A stretch of DNA of 64,000 nucleotides from an uncultured Solirubrobacterales bacterium (GTDB lineage Bacteria > Actinomycetota > Thermoleophilia > Solirubrobacterales > 70-9). Below are positions 45,077 through 52,475 of the stretch, one piece after another. The DNA lies in assembly GCA_963826475.1 (NCBI GenBank), contig CAWGXC010000002.1:72541-136540 (forward strand), read 5' to 3'. The notes below the pieces were generated by a model that saw only the letters and a list, made by a program, of their open reading frames with translations, had not been told where the DNA came from and searched no databases. Within the stretch, counting starts at the first letter, position 1. Each line of letters starts with the position of its first letter. The position numbers and the translations under genes were made by a program.

Positions 45077-45453
45077 GCGCCGGAAGCCTGCGAGTTCGCG
45101 GCCCGAACGAGCAGCTGCCCGGCGATCAGCAGCGCGAGCCCCGCGAACCCGAGTTGCAGCGCGCGCTGAGGAAGGACGTTGGCGAGGGCGACTCCAGCGA
45201 CCACGCCCGGCACCGAGAGCACGCCCATGGTCAAGCCGTCGCGCACGCGCACGTTGCCGTTGCGGTGCTGGCGCCAGGTGCCGACGATCGCGACCGGGAC
45301 GATGACCAGCAGCGAGGTCGCCTCGGCCTGGATCTGCGTCGAGTCGAGAAAGATGGCGAGCGCCGGCACGAAGAGGATCCCGCCGCCGACGCCGAGCAGG
45401 CCGCCGACCGCGCCGCCGGCGAGCCCGAATGCGATTGCAAGCGCGACGTCCAT
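45073..45453 (-). CDS. TauE/SafE (TSUP) family half-size membrane protein, C-terminal-half equivalent (4 TM)
   Basis: ATG at 45453 (MDVALAIAFGLAGGAVGGLLGVGGGILFVPAL...). Four hydrophobic segments. ATGA overlap with arfB. Confidence 0.7.
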   Translation of the reverse strand: MDVALAIAFGLAGGAVGGLLGVGGGILFVPALAIFLDSTQIQAEATSLLVIVPVAIVGTWRQHRNGNVRVRDGLTMGVLSVPGVVAGVALANVLPQRALQLGFAGLALLIAGQLLVRAANSQASGA

Positions 45454-45455
45454 GA

Positions 45456-45818
45456 TCAGGGAATGATCAGCTCGGTCGCGACGGCGATCAGCAGGAACGC
45501 GAACAACACCGAAACCATCCGCTCCGAGATCCGCTGCTGCAGCGCCACGCCGACGCCCACGCCGGCGACGGCGGGAACCGCGAGCAGCGCCGCGTCCCCG
45601 AAGTCCACGTTGCCGTAGAGGACCTGCGTCCCGCCCGCGAGGGCTGCGATCACGACGATCGCGCACAGCGAGGTGGCGGTGGCCTGGCGTTCGCCGTAGC
45701 CGAGCCAGAGGAGGAGCAGCGGGACCATGATGCTGCCACCACCGACCCCGAAGAGGCCGCTGAACGCACCGGCCAGGACCCCGATGGTTGCGAGCCGGAT
45801 CGTGCGGTTCGCGAGCAC
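45456..45818 (-). CDS. TauE/SafE (TSUP) family half-size membrane protein, N-terminal-half equivalent (4 TM)
   Basis: GTG at 45818 with TAGTAT 7 nt upstream. IGVLAGAFSGLFGVGGGSIMVPLL motif and four hydrophobic segments. Its TGA lies 2 nt before the next ATG. Confidence 0.65.
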   Translation of the reverse strand: MLANRTIRLATIGVLAGAFSGLFGVGGGSIMVPLLLLWLGYGERQATATSLCAIVVIAALAGGTQVLYGNVDFGDAALLAVPAVAGVGVGVALQQRISERMVSVLFAFLLIAVATELIIP

Positions 45819-45837
45819 TGTCGCGATACTAGAACAC

Positions 45838-46653
45838 GTGCAGATCGATCCCGCCAGCGTTGATCGAACGGAGGCGACGCTGGCGCCCCTGCGCGTGGAG
45901 CCCGCCGCGACGGCGATCCTCTGCGACCTCGACGGCACGCTGGCGCCGATCGTCGATCGCCCCGGCGATGCGGCCATACCGGAGCGGGCTCGCGCGGCGC
46001 TGCGGATGATCGCCGGCCGATATGCGCTGACGGCGATCGTCACCGGGCGCCCCGCCGCCGTCGCCCGCGAGATCGTCGGCCTTCGCGAGCTCACCTATGC
46101 CGGCAACCACGGCTACGAGCTGCTCGCGCCCGGCGACGAGGAGGCGCGGCCCGCGCCCGAGCTGCTCGACGTGGCCGGTGATGCCGCCGCATTCGCCGCA
46201 CTTCTCGACGACGGCGAATTGGACGCGGCCGGGATCCGCATCGAGGACAAGGGCCCGATCATCGCCCTTCACTGGCGCGGAGCAGCGGACGAGAACGCGG
46301 CGGAGCAGCTGACGGAGAGCATCGCCTCCGATGCGGTCGCGAATGGTCTCGACGTCCACCGGGGTCGGAAGGTCCTCGAGCTCCGGCCGCGGGTTCGGCT
46401 CGGCAAGGGGACGGCGGTCGCTGCGCTGCTCGCCGAATCGGGCGTCCGCGCGGCGCTCTATGCGGGCGACGACCGCACCGACCTCGACGTGTTCGCCGCG
46501 CTCGACGGGCTGAGTGCGTCAGGGGGCCTGGAAGCGGCCGTCCGCGTCGGGGTGCGCTCCGCCGAGGGGCCGGCCGAGATCGTTTCGGAGGCGGACCTGA
46601 TCGTCGACGGACCCGAGGCGATGCCCGCAATATTGGAACACCTGGCGGGCTGA
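45838..46653 (+). CDS. otsB: trehalose-6-phosphate phosphatase
   Basis: HAD motifs ILCDLDGTLAP, IVTGR and YAGDDRTD. The GTG at 45838 was chosen because the upstream codons are AT-ending (non-coding-like). Confidence 0.8.
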   Translation: MQIDPASVDRTEATLAPLRVEPAATAILCDLDGTLAPIVDRPGDAAIPERARAALRMIAGRYALTAIVTGRPAAVAREIVGLRELTYAGNHGYELLAPGDEEARPAPELLDVAGDAAAFAALLDDGELDAAGIRIEDKGPIIALHWRGAADENAAEQLTESIASDAVANGLDVHRGRKVLELRPRVRLGKGTAVAALLAESGVRAALYAGDDRTDLDVFAALDGLSASGGLEAAVRVGVRSAEGPAEIVSEADLIVDGPEAMPAILEHLAG

Positions 46654-47189
46654 TGCAGTTCAAGGACCTACTCAGGGGAACGGTGCTGCTGATCGCGGTC
46701 GAGGCCACGGCGCTCGCGGTGATCTCCGCGATCACGCTCAACTCCGCCGCCAGCGACACGATGGCCGCGCTCGCCCTGATCTGGTGGCTCGTCGCCATCC
46801 TGGTCGGGGTCTGGCTCGGGCGTCCCGCCCGGACCCGCGACGCCCTCCGAGGCCCGCTGGCGAAAGCACGGACGACCACCAGCCTCCCTTCGACGTCCCC
46901 GGCCCGGATCGCCCTCGCCCGGCTCTGGCCCCTTGCGCTCTTCGCGATCGTCACCGGTGGCCTCGGCGCCCTCTTCCCGCAGGTTCCGGCGATCGCGACC
47001 GGCTTCGCGCTCGGCGTCGCCGCCGCCTGGCGCAGCCGCGAGGCCGCGGTCACGGCGGTGGAGGAGCGCGACGGCGTCTGCTTCTACGTCGAGCCGACCT
47101 CGGCGTTCGAGCCGATCAAGCTGGTGCGAACGCCGGGCCTGATGCGGGGCAGCGCGCCCGCTGGGCACCCGCCGCCTCCTACGGCGTAG
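46653..47189 (+). CDS. hypothetical membrane protein (about 4 TM)
   Basis: The ATG overlaps the otsB TGA (TGATG). Hydrophobic segments are present but no recognised motif. Confidence 0.5.
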   Translation: MQFKDLLRGTVLLIAVEATALAVISAITLNSAASDTMAALALIWWLVAILVGVWLGRPARTRDALRGPLAKARTTTSLPSTSPARIALARLWPLALFAIVTGGLGALFPQVPAIATGFALGVAAAWRSREAAVTAVEERDGVCFYVEPTSAFEPIKLVRTPGLMRGSAPAGHPPPPTA

Positions 47190-47210
47190 ACAACTCCGCC
47201 GAATGCTCCG

Positions 47211-48947
47211 CTAGCTACGCGAACGCCCCGGCTTCCGCAAGGCGTTGAAGGACCTCCACGACCTCGTGTTCGCCACCTGGTCGGCCGTCAGGCCCGCCCG
47301 CCTCGCCGTCGCCACGCTGTAGACCATGTACGGCAGCGTGGTCACCCGATGGGCATCGGTGTTGCAGACGATCTTCACCCCGGCCGCAGCCGCGAGCCGG
47401 GCGTGCCCCTCGTTGAGGTCGCGGCGGTTGGGGTTGCCGTTGATCTCGATCATGGTTCCGGCATCCGCTGACGCGGCGACGATCGCCTCCATGTCGAGCT
47501 CGTAGGGGTCGCGCTTGAGGAGCAGCCGGCCGGTCGGATGCCCGAGGCAGTCCACGAGCGGATTGGAAACCGCCTCGACGATGCGCTCGGTCATCTTGTC
47601 GGGGCCGATGCGGAAGGACGTGTGGACGCTCGCGACGACCCAGTCGAGCTGCTCGAGGATCTCATCGGCGTAGTCGAGCGAGCCGTCGGGAAGGATGTTG
47701 ACCTCGGAGCCGGCGAGCAGATGGAAGCCCTTCATCGAGGCGTCGAGCTCGCGGATCTCCTCGATGCGCCGCAGCAGGGCGTCCGGCTGGACGTCGTCGC
47801 CGAAGCCGTGGCTGGCGGAGTGGTCGGTCACCGCCAGGTAGGCGTAGCCGCGATCGCGAGCGGCGTGCGCCATCTCCTCGAGGGTGTTCTTGCCGTCGGA
47901 GAGGGTCGTGTGGCAGTGGAGGTCGCCCCGCACGTCTTCGAGGGTCACGAGCTCGGGCAGCTCGCCCCTCTCCGCCTGGCCGATCTCGAGCCCGCCTTGG
48001 CGCAGCTCGGGTTCGATGTAGGCGAGGCCGAGCCGGGAGTAGACCTCCTCCTCGGTCTTCGACTTCGTCACCTCGCCGGTCTCGACGTCGGCGATCCCAT
48101 GCTCGGAGACCGATAGGCCCATCTTCACCGCCCGCTCGCGGAGCTTGACGTTGTGTTCCTTGGAGCCGGTGAAGTGCTGCAGCAGGTTGCCGAGCTCCTC
48201 CGGTGGCACGATCCTCAGGTCCAGCGCGATCCCGTTGTGGGTCCGCGCTCGCAGGCCGTTGGCCCCGGGCTTGCCCGACTCGGCGATCAGGTGATGGTCG
48301 GCGAGGGCGCTCGAGAGCGCCAGCGGGTCGGCGGCGGTGGCGATGATGTCGATGTCCTTGCAGGTCTCGGCCCAGCGTCGCGCCGATCCGGCGAGCACCA
48401 CGTGCTCGGAGGCCGGGCTCGCGCTCAATGCATCGACGAGCTCCATCCCGACCGCCCGCACCTCGTCGAGCCGCCGCCGTTCCTCGTCGCCCTCGGTCCG
48501 GAGCTTCTCGATCGCGGCGAGGACGTTGACCTCGAACTTCTCGCCGAGCCCACGGACGCCTCGCAGACGCTCGTCCTCAGCCGCCTCGTGGAGCTCCTCC
48601 AGCGTCGCGATCCCGAGCTCGTCGTAGATCAGCCGGGCGGTCTTCGCGCCCACGCCGGGGAGCCGGGTGATGTCGACGAGGGTGGCCGGAAACTTCGCCT
48701 TGAGCTTGACCGCCGCCGGAATCTCGCCCTGATCGAGTAGCGCAACGATCTTCTCCTGGATCGTCTTGCCGATGCCCTGCATCTCGGTGGCCTTGCCCTG
48801 TAGGGCGAGCTCGCCGACCGGCGCCGGGCTGTCGCGGATGACCCGCGCGGCCTCGCGATAGGCGAGGACGCGGAAGCGGTTGGCGCCGTCGAGCTCGTAG
48901 AGGGTTCCGAGCTCGGTGAAGGCTGCGGCGATTTCGGCGTTGCGCAT
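47211..48947 (-). CDS. polX: family X DNA polymerase with C-terminal PHP domain (PolX)
   Basis: MRNAEIAAAFTELGTLYELDGANRFRVLAYREAARVI N-terminus. HhH motifs (GIGKTIQEKI, GVGAKTARLIY). PHP motifs (DLHCHTTLSDG, AVTDHS). Confidence 0.9.
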   Translation of the reverse strand: MRNAEIAAAFTELGTLYELDGANRFRVLAYREAARVIRDSPAPVGELALQGKATEMQGIGKTIQEKIVALLDQGEIPAAVKLKAKFPATLVDITRLPGVGAKTARLIYDELGIATLEELHEAAEDERLRGVRGLGEKFEVNVLAAIEKLRTEGDEERRRLDEVRAVGMELVDALSASPASEHVVLAGSARRWAETCKDIDIIATAADPLALSSALADHHLIAESGKPGANGLRARTHNGIALDLRIVPPEELGNLLQHFTGSKEHNVKLRERAVKMGLSVSEHGIADVETGEVTKSKTEEEVYSRLGLAYIEPELRQGGLEIGQAERGELPELVTLEDVRGDLHCHTTLSDGKNTLEEMAHAARDRGYAYLAVTDHSASHGFGDDVQPDALLRRIEEIRELDASMKGFHLLAGSEVNILPDGSLDYADEILEQLDWVVASVHTSFRIGPDKMTERIVEAVSNPLVDCLGHPTGRLLLKRDPYELDMEAIVAASADAGTMIEINGNPNRRDLNEGHARLAAAAGVKIVCNTDAHRVTTLPYMVYSVATARRAGLTADQVANTRSWRSFNALRKPGRSRS

Positions 48948-49012
48948 TGCACCCAACGTTATTGGCGGTGCCCCTCCCGTGACGTCGCCTCAACTAGAGT
49001 CGGCGCGCTCTG

Positions 49013-49747
49013 ATGAGCTCCGCCGGGCCACGCATCCGGGTCATTCTCCCGACCTACAACGAGGCGGACAACCTCGAGCCGCTGATCGCCGCCCTTTTCG
49101 ACTCGGTCCCGGACGTGGAGGTGCTGGTAGTCGACGACTCCTCGCCCGATGGGACCGGCGAGATCGCCGACCGGATCGCCGCCGCCGACCAGCGGGTCGC
49201 CGTCCTCCACCGCCGCTCCAAGGAAGGCCTCGGCCCCGCCTACGTGGCCGGCTTCGCGCGAGCGCTCGCCGAGGGCGCCGAGCTGATCGTGCAGATGGAC
49301 GTCGACTTCTCCCACGACCCCGCCGATGTTCCTCGGCTGATCGCCGCCATGGACCAGGCCGATCTGGCGCTGGGCTCGCGCTACGTGGACGGGGGCGGAG
49401 TGGGCGAGTGGGGGTGGGTCCGCCGAGCGATTTCGCGCGGCGGCAGCGCCTACGCTCGGCTCTGGCTGGGCGTCGAGGTCCGTGACCTGACCGGCGGGTT
49501 CAAGTGCTACCGGCGCGAAGTGCTCGAGAGGATCCGTCCGGGCAGCGTGGCGGCACTCGGCTACGCGTTCCAGGTAGAGACGACCTATCGGACCCTGCTC
49601 GCCGGATTCCGCGTCACCGAGGTGCCGATCGTCTTCAACGACCGGCGGGTCGGGGAGTCGAAGATGAGCCGCTCCATCGTCGTCGAGGCGGCGCTCGGAG
49701 TGCCGATGATGCGGCTCCGTGAGCGTCGCTGGGGCCGCGGGGGCTAG
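49013..49747 (+). CDS. ppm1: polyprenol-phosphate mannosyltransferase (GT2, Ppm1/DPM1-like)
   Basis: VILPTYNEADNL, VVDDSSPDGTG, QMDVDFSHDP and SKMS motifs. Confidence 0.85.
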   Translation: MSSAGPRIRVILPTYNEADNLEPLIAALFDSVPDVEVLVVDDSSPDGTGEIADRIAAADQRVAVLHRRSKEGLGPAYVAGFARALAEGAELIVQMDVDFSHDPADVPRLIAAMDQADLALGSRYVDGGGVGEWGWVRRAISRGGSAYARLWLGVEVRDLTGGFKCYRREVLERIRPGSVAALGYAFQVETTYRTLLAGFRVTEVPIVFNDRRVGESKMSRSIVVEAALGVPMMRLRERRWGRGG

Positions 49748-49820
49748 CTGGTCGCTTCCAATACTTCATTTTGTGTAGTAAGGTGTCAGAGGACTTACAA
49801 AAGCAACAGGAGATAGAGAA
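49748..49820 (+). promoter_or_regulatory. AT-rich promoter/5' UTR region of trxA
   Basis: A marked AT-rich island (ccaatacttcattttgtgtagtaaggtgtcagaggacttacaaaagcaac) in an otherwise GC-rich context. AGGAGA RBS at 49808..49813. No specific sigma motif assigned. Confidence 0.3.
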
Positions 49821-50144
49821 ATGGCGAACCTGCCGCAAGTGACCGACAACAACTTTCAGGCCGAAGTGCTGGAGTCGGGCGAGCCGGTGCTCGTCGACTT
49901 CTGGGCCCCTTGGTGCGGCCCCTGCCGGGTCGTCCATCCGATCCTCGAGGAGATGTCAGCTGAACGCAGCGACGTCAAGATCGTCAGCATCAACATCGAC
50001 GAGAACCAGGAGACTGCAAGCCAGTATCAGGTGATGTCGATCCCGACGATGATCGTCTTCAAGGGTGGGCAGCCCACCAAGACCATCGTCGGCGCGATGC
50101 CGAAGAAGAAGCTGGAGGCCGAGTTGGAGCCCGCCCTCGCGTAG
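49821..50144 (+). CDS. trxA: thioredoxin
   Basis: WAPWCGPC active site. 107 aa. Confidence 0.95.
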   Translation: MANLPQVTDNNFQAEVLESGEPVLVDFWAPWCGPCRVVHPILEEMSAERSDVKIVSINIDENQETASQYQVMSIPTMIVFKGGQPTKTIVGAMPKKKLEAELEPALA

Positions 50145-50158
50145 TTTCTTCTGACGGG

Positions 50159-50356
50159 TCAGGCCTTGATGGCGAAGTAGCGCTGGCCTCCGTCCGTGCG
50201 GACCTTCTCGATCTGGTTGGCCTCCTTGGAGGCCTTCCAGCTCGGGCGCATCTCCTTGACCTCGACGCCGAGCTTCTCGGCAACCTGTTCGCGGGTGAAC
50301 TCGGGACCGATGGAGCGAGCCGCCTCCAGAACCTGATCTTGGGTGGGTTGAGACAT
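50159..50356 (-). CDS. small hypothetical protein (65 aa)
   Basis: ATG at 50356 (MSQPTQDQVLEAARSIGPEFTREQVAEKLGVEVKEMRPSWK...). Codon bias is consistent with coding. No recognised motif. Confidence 0.45.
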   Translation of the reverse strand: MSQPTQDQVLEAARSIGPEFTREQVAEKLGVEVKEMRPSWKASKEANQIEKVRTDGGQRYFAIKA

Positions 50357-50408
50357 GGATCGAACCCTACCGGCACCCAATTCATGATCTGAGGGTCGTT
50401 GGTTCCGG

Positions 50409-50834
50409 TCAGAGGATCTGAGCGTCGACGAAGCCCGCCAGCAATACGGCGAAGCCGCCGATCTCGGCGGCGATCAGCGCCCACATGAACGCGTGCGTTC
50501 CAGGGACCGGTTCACGGAACTGATTGTCGGTGTCCCTGCGGTATCCGTGAATGGCGTAGCCGGCGATCGCGCCGACGAAGAAGAAGATCAGAGCGAAGGC
50601 GGCGATCAGGTTGACCAGTTGGCTCCAGCCGCTGAGCTCGACGAAGACAGCGATCAGCAGCGTCGCGAAGCTGTAGAGCAGCGCGGCACGATGGGCGGTG
50701 TCGACGTAGGGATGGGCGAGCGCGTCGGGGCTGGTGGCCATGCCCCGGTACTTCCAGACGCCGAGGAGCAGTGCCCAGAGGAAGATCAGCCCGGCGGCGA
50801 GCAGTACGGCGCGGGTGTCGGAGCCGAGTTCCAT
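50409..50834 (-). CDS. hypothetical 4-TM membrane protein
   Basis: 141 aa with four hydrophobic helices. GGGAGA RBS 10 nt upstream of the ATG at 50834. Confidence 0.6.
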   Translation of the reverse strand: MELGSDTRAVLLAAGLIFLWALLLGVWKYRGMATSPDALAHPYVDTAHRAALLYSFATLLIAVFVELSGWSQLVNLIAAFALIFFFVGAIAGYAIHGYRRDTDNQFREPVPGTHAFMWALIAAEIGGFAVLLAGFVDAQIL

Positions 50835-50883
50835 CCTCGGGGAGTCTCCCGCAGAACCCGAACGCCGTGGAGCGAGGAGGCCC

Positions 50884-50951
50884 CGCCATGCTCATGGCGC
50901 GTTTGGTACCCAGGAGTACCAACCATGCAGCCGGGCTTTCGGAACCGGTTC
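50884..50951. promoter_or_regulatory. cluster of three palindromes in a 350-bp non-coding gap
   Basis: CGCCATG-ct-CATGGCG (50884..50899), TTGGTAC-ccagga-GTACCAA (50903..50922) and GAACCGGTTC (50942..50951). They lie 50-117 nt upstream of the membrane-protein start. Confidence 0.3.
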
Positions 50952-51183
50952 TAGCCCTCGATGGGCCTCTGCGAGAGGCTCTTCAAGCGCTCAAGCTGAT
51001 CCCAGTGACCAGCCACCCGCTTCGCGCCGATTGCCGTCATCGCGACGCGGGCCGGCTGGCGATCTTGACAGTCCTGTCGTCCGTCAAAGCCGCGGACTTC
51101 GTCTTCTTGCAGCGCAAGAGGAGTTCCCGGAGCCGGCCGAATGCACAGATGCCCACGACGACCGCGTCGTTCGCCGAGGGCCC

Positions 51184-52452
51184 TCAGTCCTGAGCGGTGA
51201 TCCAGCTCTTGCGAACGTCGCCGGTGCGGATTCGCTGCGGGTGGTCACCGACCGGGATCCGCGCGATCTCCCGGCGCTTCTTGTAGGAGATGACCGAGAT
51301 CTCGTCGGTTCCGCTCCAGGAGACGTAGCAGCGGCGCCCGTCCCGGCTGCTCGTCGCCCAGTAGGGCTTCAACCCGGCGTGGATCAGCCTGTACTTGAAG
51401 CTCCTGCGGTTCACGATCGCCGCGTAATCGGACATCGTGCCGGCGACGCAGAGCCGCTTCCCGTTGCCGCTCAGGGCGATCCCATGATGAGCGGAGTCGA
51501 GCAGGTACTGCTCGCGTGGCATGTCCTTGACCGCATCGGCGATGGGCAACTCGGCGACGCGCCGGACCTCCTGCTTCTTCAGGTTGTACTCGACGAATCC
51601 GTGGAAGAACGAAACCTGGAAGTAGACGAAGTGCTCGTGCTTGGCGATCGCCATCGGGCGGACCGCCGAGCTCATGTCGGGGTAGCCCGCCTCGGCCAGC
51701 TCCTTGCCCATGTCGAGGCGGGTGAGGATCTCGCCGGTGTGGGCATCGACGATCTGGAAGAAGCGGTCGCCCTTGCTCGTGTCGGCGGCCGGATCATCGG
51801 TTGGGGTGTAGACGGTGCCGATCGAAGCGTGGTAGATCCGCTTCCCGTCGGCGGAATAGACGTTCTCGTGCGGTGAGTCGCCGGATTCGAAGCGGCCCTC
51901 CTCCCTGCCCGTGGCGGTGTTGAGCAGGTGGACGACGTTGCCGGTCGAAGCGGAGACGGCGACCTGCTTGCCGTCGGGCGAGATCGCCATGTGGTCGGAG
52001 CGCTGGCCATCGACTACGAAGCGCCAGGCGATCCTCCCGGTGTCCATGTTGATCCCGACCACGTCCGCGAGGCTCGGCCTCGAGACGATCAGCAGCCGCC
52101 CATCGTTGGTCGTGTACATGTCGTCGACGAACTGATCGTGACCCTCGCCGATGAGCTCCCGGATCGCGAGGAAGTAGCCGAGCCTGACCGGGTCGGTGTA
52201 GATCTCGAGCATGCGCTGATCGATGTCGGGGATGACGTCGATCCGGGCGATCCGCCGGTAGTGCCCGCCTGCGTGCAGGACGTCAGCCGTGCCCTCCCAG
52301 TTGTTGCCGACGAGCAGCGCTTCGCGGAGGCCGGACCTCTTGTCCGGCTTGTTCGGCTTGGCCGCGCTCGCCGCTCCCGTCGAGAGCAGGAGTGCGGCGA
52401 GAAGCACCGCGAAGGCGGTTCCCAGTGCGGCCGCTCGATTGCTTCGCCCCAT
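51184..52452 (-). CDS. secreted beta-propeller repeat protein (YVTN/YncE-like)
   Basis: Signal peptide MGRSNRAAALGTAFAVLLAALLLSTGAASA. Repeated SPDGK/SADGKR/SGNGKR blade motifs. Confidence 0.7.
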   Translation of the reverse strand: MGRSNRAAALGTAFAVLLAALLLSTGAASAAKPNKPDKRSGLREALLVGNNWEGTADVLHAGGHYRRIARIDVIPDIDQRMLEIYTDPVRLGYFLAIRELIGEGHDQFVDDMYTTNDGRLLIVSRPSLADVVGINMDTGRIAWRFVVDGQRSDHMAISPDGKQVAVSASTGNVVHLLNTATGREEGRFESGDSPHENVYSADGKRIYHASIGTVYTPTDDPAADTSKGDRFFQIVDAHTGEILTRLDMGKELAEAGYPDMSSAVRPMAIAKHEHFVYFQVSFFHGFVEYNLKKQEVRRVAELPIADAVKDMPREQYLLDSAHHGIALSGNGKRLCVAGTMSDYAAIVNRRSFKYRLIHAGLKPYWATSSRDGRRCYVSWSGTDEISVISYKKRREIARIPVGDHPQRIRTGDVRKSWITAQD

Positions 52453-52475
52453 CGGGGGACCGTATCCGAAGCCGG

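Noticed and set aside
50409-51183. The idea that the 4-TM, 141-aa membrane protein is CrcB/FluC with a fluoride riboswitch in its long upstream region.
   Set aside because: The protein lacks the CrcB hallmark motifs (GxxGxxxR, TTFSTF). The upstream region shows no fluoride-riboswitch-like conserved segments.
50771-51193. 140-aa plus-strand ORF (and its internal ATG at 50888) filling the 350-bp gap.
   Set aside because: Third-position GC is clearly lower than in neighbouring real genes, especially in the first half. There is no RBS and no recognisable motif. The ORF overlaps the 3' end of the beta-propeller gene. I treat it as non-coding.
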